Assembly (NCBI GenBank): GCA_011388275.1
Contig: DSAB01000122.1
Location: forward strand, 15,491-79,490
Source of the DNA: a bacterium
GTDB taxonomy: Bacteria > Zhuqueibacterota > QNDG01 > DSAB01
Length of the DNA: 64,000 bases
Direction: 5' to 3'
In this document: one piece after another, positions 21,201 to 28,115 of the stretch
Layout of the letters: each line of letters begins with the position of its first letter
Position numbering within the stretch: the stretch's first letter is position 1
Program-made: the position numbers and the translations under genes
The notes under the pieces: generated by a model
The model's input: only the letters and a program-made list of their open reading frames with translations
What the model was told of the DNA's origin: nothing
The model's database searches: none

Positions 21201-21309
21201 TTTTCCAGTTACCCCGGCGTGATAAACAGACAAAATCGTCGAAGGGATAAACCTTCATGATACTTCGCAGAGAGCTTCGTACTTGTTCTGTCCAGTCGGT
21301 TTTTATCAT
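18274..21309 (-). CDS. 1011-aa multidomain protein: N-terminal HEAT (PBS-lyase-type) repeats, central NB-ARC/STAND-like P-loop NTPase, C-terminal WD40 beta-propeller
   Basis: HEAT-like repeats at aa about 260-390 (…IYGLGQEKGKRYF…; …IYWAWALGELGRT…AVMAMKKLG). Walker A VTGDSGTGKTYF at aa 437-448. Kinase-2-like KRLIILDGWRDD about 85 aa downstream (compare NB-ARC KRFLLVLDDVW). From aa about 700, repeated GH…(D/N)G…W(D/N) units (GHVGVLSG, HGHVFALHEDGRISAV, GHADGKICFWDF, TVGIWNP, RLRGHT…IRIWG). Its ATG overlaps the stop of the upstream response-regulator gene (ATGA). Confidence 0.7.
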   Translation of the reverse strand: MIKTDWTEQVRSSLRSIMKVYPFDDFVCLSRRGNWKTLVFTSRAAANNETAHWLWRSGIEDMDWITPLLNRMEPIFTFPDIQTRNQSRPESVRFFEMLIALLEIRRQTVLFGQKAPSWDVHASQWQQRAADWLKRKNASPQGIFLNSINQWMESWEPGRELLKSSTFLAAESKIQGRIDHWMHLLHDPKQRDDAIEFIQELITQPAVKNDGIRPLIRPALRLLTQSRIETGLPYQAANILAPLSDTRKIRPFLRLLRKCSDTHSNLRLQLIYGLGQEKGKRYFREFIDTALSVKNPKNRRSGPEWSEFCWTLGKWKIPESLKKLLDQDPPDKPEDQIYWAWALGELGRTQKSKSGGLDARIPIDLMRLMQNRHNRVFEEAVMAMKKLGLPNFLYALYLPHFNALPVLALKPSRTGLYELSESLFYVMQTRQPAIMAVTGDSGTGKTYFCHVLESGFGPVRPHEILYLMRDNAAHVQIFNRLIGLKKLQTTVTPDIYSMDNLDLHENADEFFRQFIKRHHQKRLIILDGWRDDAYFHQVIQRFYEMGSLDILVKFQAALSTRRLNLEKREGFLEKVRTNLSFIEQIPLEDTPFYRDNRLLIYHLDNSIPSRLTREEMQAIFANRKVRGWIKQIRVGPLENHQVLKRPLKGKADFSVRSLPVNHRPISWLYQSIKTRESRFRRCPPVPSDDFCLSCIGLEDLPISAIALYTQGQIAFGSMEGHVGVLSGLNDRLFWTLPLNPSPVMGLAVTHGHVFALHEDGRISAVSFIHNLKTVFDTPSAVTSMQTCAQSCLTTGHADGKICFWDFPRERMETIQPGLAPVQSLASLPDGRIAAAGSGTVGIWNPDRRTWTQYHATGCSQDCLCRLNDNRLAWFASGLSNESTGSLTVMESDSGRWQSIKFKTTDSIRCITPYVNGRLFIGSCSVRSSKNGTLMVLETGPNHWSFNRLRGHTVETLCCLTMGPRLITCGIDSPTLRSIRIWGSKSYVALERSKMSILNEAQERPAYYRSLF

Positions 21310-22073
21310 GGCGTCAGGGCCAGAAAAGAAAGTTCTTCATGGAGGTTCAGGGGTGCCAGGATTAAAATCCATCCCCTGTCATACGGATCGTTTCGTGCCG
21401 GCTGTAAATTGTCTTTCATAATTGAATGGATTTCCAGCAGGCATCCTGACACGGGAGACCACATTCGGTGAATACGGCACTCCTGGTCATAAATTTGCAG
21501 ACACGTGTTTCCCTGATAGATGGTTTCATTGATCTCCGGGAATTCCAGTCTGGTTACTCCGGGGATGGTCTTTAAAAAAACAGGATGAATGCCTACGCGG
21601 ACGGCTCCATTGGGCAATACCTGAGCCCAGGCGTGATCAGGAATCAGGTAGTAATTGGAAGGGGCCGATTCGGTGTCTCGGTTGTTTGGGGATTGCTTCA
21701 AAGAAAGCCGTTTGTGAACCAGTGCCCTCTTGACGAGGGCGCGGAGTTCTTCAGGTGTAAATGGTTTCGGAATATAATCGAATGCGCCGTTCTTAATGGA
21801 TTGAACCGCCGTGCGCGTGGAAGGGTAGCCGGTCACCATTATGATCTGAGTGCCTGGTCTTTTCTTTTTCAGGATTGTTAAAATATCCATGCCGCTCATT
21901 CCGGGCATCATAATATCGAGAATCATAATGTCAAATGCGTCCTCGAGTGCCAAACGGAGCCCTTCTTCACCGCTTAATGCCGTGCAGACTTCATACGAAT
22001 TTTCCAAAGCAGCGGCCATACTTTGGCAGACAGAAATTTCGTCGTCGACAATCAATACTCTGGATTGATTCAT
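21306..22073 (-). CDS. Response regulator: canonical REC domain fused to a glycine-cleavage H-protein (GcvH)-like C-terminal domain that lacks the lipoyl-lysine
   Basis: REC with DD(10-11), D53, T81, K103. C-terminal 115 aa aligns by eye to GcvH (YLIPDHAWA… / VGIHPVFLKTIPGVTRLEFPEIN… / …SPVSG… / DPYDRGWILILAP, compare GcvH DPYGEGWIFKIK). The lipoyl-Lys position of the ESVKA motif is occupied by Cys. Confidence 0.75.
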   Translation of the reverse strand: MNQSRVLIVDDEISVCQSMAAALENSYEVCTALSGEEGLRLALEDAFDIMILDIMMPGMSGMDILTILKKKRPGTQIIMVTGYPSTRTAVQSIKNGAFDYIPKPFTPEELRALVKRALVHKRLSLKQSPNNRDTESAPSNYYLIPDHAWAQVLPNGAVRVGIHPVFLKTIPGVTRLEFPEINETIYQGNTCLQIYDQECRIHRMWSPVSGCLLEIHSIMKDNLQPARNDPYDRGWILILAPLNLHEELSFLALTP

Positions 22074-22420
22074 GTGTCACCCCTTGAAGAAGTGCCGTTG
22101 TTCTTCACGGTTAAGGGGATCAGCAGCCCGGTGAAAAAACCGCCCCTTCAGTATCGGTGAGTGAGAGGATAAGGTTATCTTCATCATTTCGGATTCGTAT
22201 CAATTCCTTTATCGTCTAGAATAGTATACGATTACGGATTAACGAAAGCAAGCAATTTGTATCGGTATTCTGAAGCCGAATCCAAACAGGCGTTTTGGCA
22301 TCGTCCGGCGGCCAATAAAAATCTAAGGGAAATATTGGAGAATCGAATGATTTTTTAGTGAATTATATCACAAAAAAACTTGACAAAAATTTAAATTTAT
22401 TGTATATTTTCTCGGATTTA

Positions 22421-22438
22421 TTGTGAACGGTTTAACAA
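22421..22438. promoter_or_regulatory. Candidate Rex operator (TTGTGAACGGTTTAACAA) upstream of rex
   Basis: Matches the Rex box consensus TTGTGAA-N4-TTCACAA with one mismatch. Lies 50 nt upstream of the rex start in an AT-rich promoter region. Confidence 0.5.
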
Positions 22439-22487
22439 AATACGATAGGGTGTCTGACTGGCGAATCATCGGGGAAAATCCTGAATC

Positions 22488-23120
22488 ATGACACAAACAG
22501 GCAAAAGCGCATCCCGTCTGCCCTGTTACCGCCGCGCGCTGATGCGTTTCAAGGAGCTGGGATTCGACAGGGTTTATTCAGAATCGCTCGCTGAATCGGT
22601 GGGTGTCACCTCTTCCCAGGTGAGGAAGGATTTTTCCGTATTCGGCATTTCAGGCAATAAAAAGGGCGGCTATCAGATTGAGACCCTGCTCGATCAACTC
22701 CGTATTATCCTGAAAAAGGACCAGATCCATCCGGTTATACTGGTTGGGGTGGGCAATATCGGGACGGCCCTGATGAACTACAGGGCTTTTGAAAGGGAGA
22801 ATATTGAAATCGTCGCCGGATTCGACATCGATCCGTCGAAGATCAATAAAAAGATGAAAATTCCTGTTCTGCCCATCAACGCGATGGATGATTATTTAAA
22901 ACACCATCAGGTTCGAATAGGCATCATCACGGTGCCGGCGTTGACGGCTCAGCAGGTGTGCAACCGAATGGTTTCTGCAGGCATTAAAGGGATACTGAAT
23001 TTCGCTCCAATCCGGCTGAAAGTGCCGGATGATACCATGATCGAGAATGTGAGTGTGCTGTTAAAACTGGAAAACATCATTTATTTTGTTGAACCCGTTG
23101 TAAACACCGAACCCATTTAA
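22488..23120 (+). CDS. rex: Redox-sensing transcriptional repressor Rex
   Basis: N-terminal winged helix (RLPCYRR…SSQVRKDFS) and Rossmann NADH-binding domain (VILVGVGNIGTAL). 210 aa. Confidence 0.9.
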   Translation: MTQTGKSASRLPCYRRALMRFKELGFDRVYSESLAESVGVTSSQVRKDFSVFGISGNKKGGYQIETLLDQLRIILKKDQIHPVILVGVGNIGTALMNYRAFERENIEIVAGFDIDPSKINKKMKIPVLPINAMDDYLKHHQVRIGIITVPALTAQQVCNRMVSAGIKGILNFAPIRLKVPDDTMIENVSVLLKLENIIYFVEPVVNTEPI

Positions 23121-23133
23121 CCGGAGCCTTTTC

Positions 23134-24159
23134 ATGAGAGCAGTCAAAATCAAGAAGGAAAATCTGTTTGATTTTCTCGAGGCCATCAAGCCTTTCGGTG
23201 ACTTATGGGGTCCTGTGAAAAGCGGAGACGGATATGTCCTGGAGAAAGTGACCGATTATTCGAACATCGAGATGTCGGCTCTGAGAACCAGGATTCCGTT
23301 CAAGAAACTGCTTTTTCCGCCCAAATTCACCATGTTCAAGTTTGATGAGAAGGGGATTCGTTCTTCCGACGAGGAACTCCCGAGACAGGTGATTTTCGGG
23401 CTGCATCCCTGCGATCTTCATGCTTTGCTCATTATGGACAATTTTCACAGTCTTCATTATGTCGATCCCTATTATCGGGAGCGCCGGGAGAGAACGGCCG
23501 TAATCGGTCTTTCGTGTTTTCCGGATGACCGCTGTTTCTGCAAGGCCACCAATACACATTACACGGAGAAGGGGTTTGATCTTTTTCTGACCGATCTGGG
23601 AGATTTCTACATTCTCTGGATCGGATCGAGTCTGGGTGACGACATGGTTCGCGAATGTCCCGAGCTTGTCGATGAGGAGGTCACTCACGACGACCTGGAA
23701 AAGTACATCGCCTGGCGAAAGAAAAGAGAGTCCAATTTTAAACTGAAACTGGATTTCACGGGCATGCCCAGTATCATGGAGCTCAGTTATGACAGTCCTT
23801 TGTGGGACGAACTGGGAGAAAAATGCCTCAGCTGCGGCGCCTGCACCATCGTGTGTCCGACATGTCCCTGCTTCAATGTGATCGATGAAGTGGATATCGG
23901 CGGCGGCACCGGAGAGCGTACCCGCCGCTGGGATTCCTGCATGTTCAGAGAATACTCCATGGTGGCCGGAGGACATAATTTCCGGGAGGCCCGGTCCGAA
24001 CGGCTCAAGCTGCGATTCACCCACAAGCTTCAGGCTTTTGTCGGCGCCTTCGGTGAAGCCGCGTGTGTAGGGTGCGGCCGCTGCATCGGAGCCTGTCCCG
24101 TGGATATCGACATACAGACCGTGGCGCAGAATCTGAAAGGCGAGGAGGTGAAGGCATGA
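23134..24159 (+). CDS. Group-3b (sulfhydrogenase-type) hydrogenase beta subunit: Fe-S protein of the HydB/AsrA family
   Basis: C-terminal Cys clusters CLSCGACTIVCPTCPC and CVGCGRCIGACP. 13 nt after rex with a GGAG RBS. Followed by gamma, small and large subunits. Confidence 0.75.
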   Translation: MRAVKIKKENLFDFLEAIKPFGDLWGPVKSGDGYVLEKVTDYSNIEMSALRTRIPFKKLLFPPKFTMFKFDEKGIRSSDEELPRQVIFGLHPCDLHALLIMDNFHSLHYVDPYYRERRERTAVIGLSCFPDDRCFCKATNTHYTEKGFDLFLTDLGDFYILWIGSSLGDDMVRECPELVDEEVTHDDLEKYIAWRKKRESNFKLKLDFTGMPSIMELSYDSPLWDELGEKCLSCGACTIVCPTCPCFNVIDEVDIGGGTGERTRRWDSCMFREYSMVAGGHNFREARSERLKLRFTHKLQAFVGAFGEAACVGCGRCIGACPVDIDIQTVAQNLKGEEVKA

Positions 24160-25010
24160 AAGCGGAAACACAGCTGCAGAATCCTTACGAACCGGAACCC
24201 ATGCGCCTGATACGACGATACCCTCTGAATGAGGACGTGCATTTTTTCCAGGTTCGCGCGGTGGATATGGAGAAGGCGCTCAGCCTGAATTATCTGCCCG
24301 GCCAGTTCATGATGATCTCTATCAACGGGATCGGAGAAGCCCCGTTTTCCATCTCTTCGACCCCCTCGAGGCCGGGTCTTCTGGAATTCGGTATTCGGAA
24401 AGTGGGCAATATGACCAACCGGATCTTTCAGCTGAAAGAAAACGGCATTTTCGGCGTGCGCGGGCCTTACGGCAACGGTTTTCCGATCGAGAAAATAAAG
24501 GGGAACGATCTGGTGATCATCATGGGCGGTCTGGGCGCGGTTCCGCTTCGATCCCTTCTTTTATACGCGCTCGATAATCGTGATCAGTTTGGAAAGATCT
24601 ATCTGCTGCACGGCGCCCGCACTCCGGATGAGATGCTTTTCCGGAATGAATTTTTTAATATGATGAAACGGGACGATCTTTTCTGCCATCTCACCGTAGA
24701 TCAGGACGATACCGGACAGTGGCCCTTTGAGACAGGCGTGGTCACCCGTCTTTTCGGCAAACTGGCCCATATCGATCCGAAGAACACCTATTTCGCCGTG
24801 TGCGGTCCTCCGGTCATGTATAAATTTGTGGTGGCGGAAATATTAAAATTGAATGTTCCCAAGCATCAGATTCTGATGACTCTGGAACGGCGCATGAAAT
24901 GCGGAGTGGGGAAATGCGGTCATTGCATTATCGGCGGGTATATTTATACCTGCCTGGAGGGACCCGTGTTTTCCTATTGGGACGTGCTTCACATGAAGGG
25001 ACTTATCTAA
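24156..25010 (+). CDS. Hydrogenase gamma subunit: FAD/NAD(P)-binding ferredoxin-reductase-like with C-terminal 2Fe-2S (HydG/AsrB family)
   Basis: FNR-like fold (flavin-binding GEAPFSIS-type motif, NAD-binding GGLGAVPLRS). C-terminal CGVGKCGHC…C cluster. ATGA overlap with the beta gene. GAGGAGG RBS. Confidence 0.75.
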   Translation: MKAETQLQNPYEPEPMRLIRRYPLNEDVHFFQVRAVDMEKALSLNYLPGQFMMISINGIGEAPFSISSTPSRPGLLEFGIRKVGNMTNRIFQLKENGIFGVRGPYGNGFPIEKIKGNDLVIIMGGLGAVPLRSLLLYALDNRDQFGKIYLLHGARTPDEMLFRNEFFNMMKRDDLFCHLTVDQDDTGQWPFETGVVTRLFGKLAHIDPKNTYFAVCGPPVMYKFVVAEILKLNVPKHQILMTLERRMKCGVGKCGHCIIGGYIYTCLEGPVFSYWDVLHMKGLI

Positions 25011-25011
25011 T

Positions 25012-25806
25012 ATGAGGAGTCAACTCGTGAGTCAGGAAAAAAAATCGGTTGGTCTCTACGGTTTTACCGGCTGCAACGGAGACCAGCTTGTGATCATCCA
25101 TAGCGAGGACCAGCTTCTTCCATTCTTCGATTCCGCGAATATCAAGTCCTTTTCCCTGGCGAAAAGCGACAACGATAATTCCGAGCTCGATCTGGCTTTT
25201 GTGGAAGGATCCATATCCAGTCAGGAGCAGGCGGAGCATGTTAAGGCGATTCGGGAGCGGACCCGGTATCTGGTGGCCATCGGCAATTGCGCGTGTTACG
25301 GCGGCATACAGGCCATGGAGCTGGGAGCCAAAGGATGGGATCAGCGGTTCAGAAAAGTATACGGCGACGGATTCTTTATCAACCGCACACCGATCGAATC
25401 CAAGCCCATCGATGTGTTCGTCAATGTGGATTTCTATCTGCCTGGATGCCCCATCGATGCCCGGCAGTTTTTCTACTGTTTCGCCCATTTTCTGCAGGAT
25501 GATGAGCCGGTTTTTCCCGATTATCCTGTTTGCGCGGAATGCCGCTGGCGGGAAAACGACTGTCTGCTCCTGAAAGGAGAGCTTTGTCTGGGGCCGCTCA
25601 CCGCGGCAGGATGCGGAGCCCGATGCCCCAGTCATAATCTGACCTGTCTGGGGTGTTGGGGCCCCATGAAAGAAGCCAATATCGGCGCGGAGTTTAATCT
25701 GCTGAAGGAGAAAGACTATTCACTCGAAGAGATCAAGCGTCGGTTCCGCATGCATACCGGCAGCGGAATGATGAAACCCTTGAAGAAATTATTGGGAGCC
25801 TTATAA
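25012..25806 (+). CDS. [NiFe]-hydrogenase small (delta) subunit, cytoplasmic group-3 type
   Basis: GLYGFTGCNGD proximal-cluster motif and CPGCP motif. 264 aa. No Tat signal. Confidence 0.8.
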   Translation: MRSQLVSQEKKSVGLYGFTGCNGDQLVIIHSEDQLLPFFDSANIKSFSLAKSDNDNSELDLAFVEGSISSQEQAEHVKAIRERTRYLVAIGNCACYGGIQAMELGAKGWDQRFRKVYGDGFFINRTPIESKPIDVFVNVDFYLPGCPIDARQFFYCFAHFLQDDEPVFPDYPVCAECRWRENDCLLLKGELCLGPLTAAGCGARCPSHNLTCLGCWGPMKEANIGAEFNLLKEKDYSLEEIKRRFRMHTGSGMMKPLKKLLGAL

Positions 25807-27092
25807 TGCGTGAAATCGTGGTTGAACCACTCTCCCGCGTGGAAGGGGAAGGCGGCATTACCGTCCAGCTGGACGGAAAGCGGATCAAGGATGTCCGTTT
25901 TGATATATTGGAAGGAACACGGCTTATCGAAACACTGGTGGTCGGAAAAACACCTCAGGAAGATGTGAGTATCGCCTGCCGAATCTGCGCGATCTGCACC
26001 CTTTCCCATCGGTATGCCGCGTTGAGGGGGCTGGAAAAGGCCCTGGGCATCGAGATACCTCCCAAGGCGCATCACATGCGCAGCCTCATGCATCTGGGCG
26101 AATGCCTGGAGAGCAACTCTCTTCACGTGTTCGTTCTGGCGCTGCCCGACTTTCTGGGTTATCCTTCGGCGATTGCCATGGCCGAGAAATACGGCAATGA
26201 GGTGACTCAGGCTCTGGCATTGAAGAAATTCGCCAATCACATCATGGAGGTGACCAGCGGCCGTATGATTCACGGCGAGAATCCGACCATAGGCGGATTC
26301 GGCCGGTATCCGGACCGGGAAGTTCTCCTGAACATCAAAAAGCAGGCCAGGGATTTCCTGGAATTCGCCGTGTACGGCACCAATCTTGTGGCCGGGCTGG
26401 ACATTCCTTCCTTTTTTGAGAAAGAAACCGTATTCATGTGCTGTGAGCCCGGAAATGAGTTCGGCCTCATGGGTGACTCGATTCGCATTTCCACCGGGGA
26501 GGTCGTGGACTGTAACGACTATAAAAAACTGACCAATGAGAAATTCTGTCCGCATTCGGCGGCCAAGCACTGTCTTTATAAAGGAAAACCATTTACGGTG
26601 GGGGCTCTCGCCCGCGTCAACAATCTTGGTGAGCGCCTGAAGGGCCAGGCCGGAAAACTGTTCAAAAAGCACTGGAATGATCGCTGGCTGAAAAATCCGA
26701 TCTACAACAACCACGCCCAGGCTGTTGAGATTGTATGGGCTCTCGAGCAGATCCCGGGAGTGGTCGATGATATCCTGAAAATCAAGGAGGATCCCGCTCT
26801 GGTCAAACCCGCCCGGACCGAAGGCGAAGGGGTCGGCGCGGTTGAGGCGCCCCGCGGGACTCTGTACCATCATTATCAAATCAAGGATGGTCTGATCGCG
26901 GACGCCAACTTTATCATCCCAACGGGTCAGAACCTTGAAGACATTGAGAAATACATGCGGCTGGCTGTTCAGGGGATGATCGACCAGGGCGCCGATGATG
27001 ACGCGATTCGTCTGCAGCTGGAAATCATCTGCCGTGCCTATGACCCCTGCATCAGCTGTTCGACCCATATGGTAAGGATTGAGCGTGTCTGA
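25806..27092 (+). CDS. [NiFe]-hydrogenase large (alpha) subunit, group 3b
   Basis: N-terminal RICAICTLSH (CxxC) and C-terminal DPCISCSTH (CxxC…H) Ni-Fe ligand motifs. The C-terminal extension after H is a substrate for the maturation protease. Confidence 0.85.
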   Translation: MREIVVEPLSRVEGEGGITVQLDGKRIKDVRFDILEGTRLIETLVVGKTPQEDVSIACRICAICTLSHRYAALRGLEKALGIEIPPKAHHMRSLMHLGECLESNSLHVFVLALPDFLGYPSAIAMAEKYGNEVTQALALKKFANHIMEVTSGRMIHGENPTIGGFGRYPDREVLLNIKKQARDFLEFAVYGTNLVAGLDIPSFFEKETVFMCCEPGNEFGLMGDSIRISTGEVVDCNDYKKLTNEKFCPHSAAKHCLYKGKPFTVGALARVNNLGERLKGQAGKLFKKHWNDRWLKNPIYNNHAQAVEIVWALEQIPGVVDDILKIKEDPALVKPARTEGEGVGAVEAPRGTLYHHYQIKDGLIADANFIIPTGQNLEDIEKYMRLAVQGMIDQGADDDAIRLQLEIICRAYDPCISCSTHMVRIERV

Positions 27093-27609
27093 AAATGATC
27101 TGGAAGGCGCCCTTAACCGGCTGGTTCCCCCGAAAAAATGCCTTGTCATCGGTCTGGGAAACGCCGACCGGGCCGACGACGGTCTGGGACTGATTATATC
27201 GGAAAAATTGAAGGCCCGTTTTCCAAGTCGGGCCTTTTCCGAAAGAGAATCTCCTCCCGAGAACATTGTTCTTGACCACCTGAATGATGAGAAAGTGAAA
27301 GGGTTTCTTTTTATCGATGCCATGGATTTCGGCGGCAGGCCGGGAACCTTCCGCATTTTTACATGGGATGACGCGTCCCGTTTCGTGCCCTCTCTTTCCA
27401 CTCATAAGGTGCCCATGACACTGATCATGTCCATTATAAATCAGCATGATAAAGTGCCTCTGCTCCTGGGAGTGCAGCCGGAGTCTGTTGAGCTGATGGG
27501 TGAATTGACCGAACCGGTAAAGCACACCCTGGTCCGCCTGGAGTCCATTCTGGAGCGATGGCTCGAACAGAACGAACAAGGCGAGAAGACTTCAAATGAG
27601 TCATTGTGA
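27079..27609 (+). CDS. Hydrogenase maturation endopeptidase (HoxW/HycI family)
   Basis: LVIGLGNADRADDGLG motif typical of hydrogenase maturation proteases. Follows the large subunit with a small overlap. Confidence 0.7.
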   Translation: MSVSENDLEGALNRLVPPKKCLVIGLGNADRADDGLGLIISEKLKARFPSRAFSERESPPENIVLDHLNDEKVKGFLFIDAMDFGGRPGTFRIFTWDDASRFVPSLSTHKVPMTLIMSIINQHDKVPLLLGVQPESVELMGELTEPVKHTLVRLESILERWLEQNEQGEKTSNESL

Positions 27610-27853
27610 TAGACGATCCTTTAATGGGAATGATTTCACATTAAAATCAATTGCAGGAGAAAGCAGCTGCAGTCAAAAATATCTAATAAATGATATTAGA
27701 AACACTAACCATCTCCCTGATTTATCATAATTAATAAGAGTTTAAGAATGATCGGTTGTTTATCAAATACTTATATTAATATTATTTTAAAAAATCACTG
27801 TACTCAAAAAAGGCAGAGAGTTCACAAAATATAAGCAGATTCGGATTTTTTAC

Positions 27854-27882
27854 TTGACAAATAATATCGCATTCTTTATATT
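27854..27882 (+). promoter_or_regulatory. Near-consensus sigma70-type promoter (TTGACA-17 nt-TATATT) for the second hydrogenase cluster
   Basis: TTGACA at 27854-27859, 17-nt spacer, TATATT at 27877-27882. It sits in a 506-nt AT-rich intergenic region about 230 nt upstream of the 28116 start. Confidence 0.5.
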
Positions 27883-27888
27883 TGTCAA
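27854..27888. repeat. Perfect 10-bp inverted repeat TTGACAAATA-N15-TATTTGTCAA overlapping the promoter
   Basis: Read directly from the sequence; the two arms are exact reverse complements. Confidence 0.6.
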
Positions 27889-28115
27889 AAGCTGATGGCG
27901 CGGCACGAATCCAAAGTCTGTGGGTGGTTATGCATTTCTCAAAAGGGATCATTCATATGGACACTATGCAGCATCATGAAAGCAACACCGTCTTTCAGCT
28001 TTTTTCCCATCTTTCTGGCAGGAAAAAGCGTTAATAATATGATCGGAGTCCGAAAAAGCCCCGGCTGATTCGGACTCTTTACTTTCGGGCCTTCAAAAAA
28101 AAGCAGATAATTTCT

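Noticed and set aside
25716-27401. Long antisense ORFs embedded in confidently assigned genes: 561 aa here, plus 14023..15312 (429 aa), 23203..24171 (322 aa), 32453..33460 (335 aa), 10879..11799 (306 aa), 7717..8463 (248 aa) and 37..471 (144 aa).
   Set aside because: Each lies opposite a gene with strong family-specific motifs on the sense strand (hydrogenase subunits, korA, activase, ybeY). Their products are low-complexity and Arg/Pro/Ser-rich, typical of antisense frames in GC-rich coding DNA. None has an RBS or recognisable domain.
27821-27827. Rex half-site TTCACAA in the hydrogenase-2 upstream region
   Set aside because: There is only one half-site and no partner TTGTGAA at the correct spacing. 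That is not enough to call a Rex operator, unlike the full site at 22421-22438.
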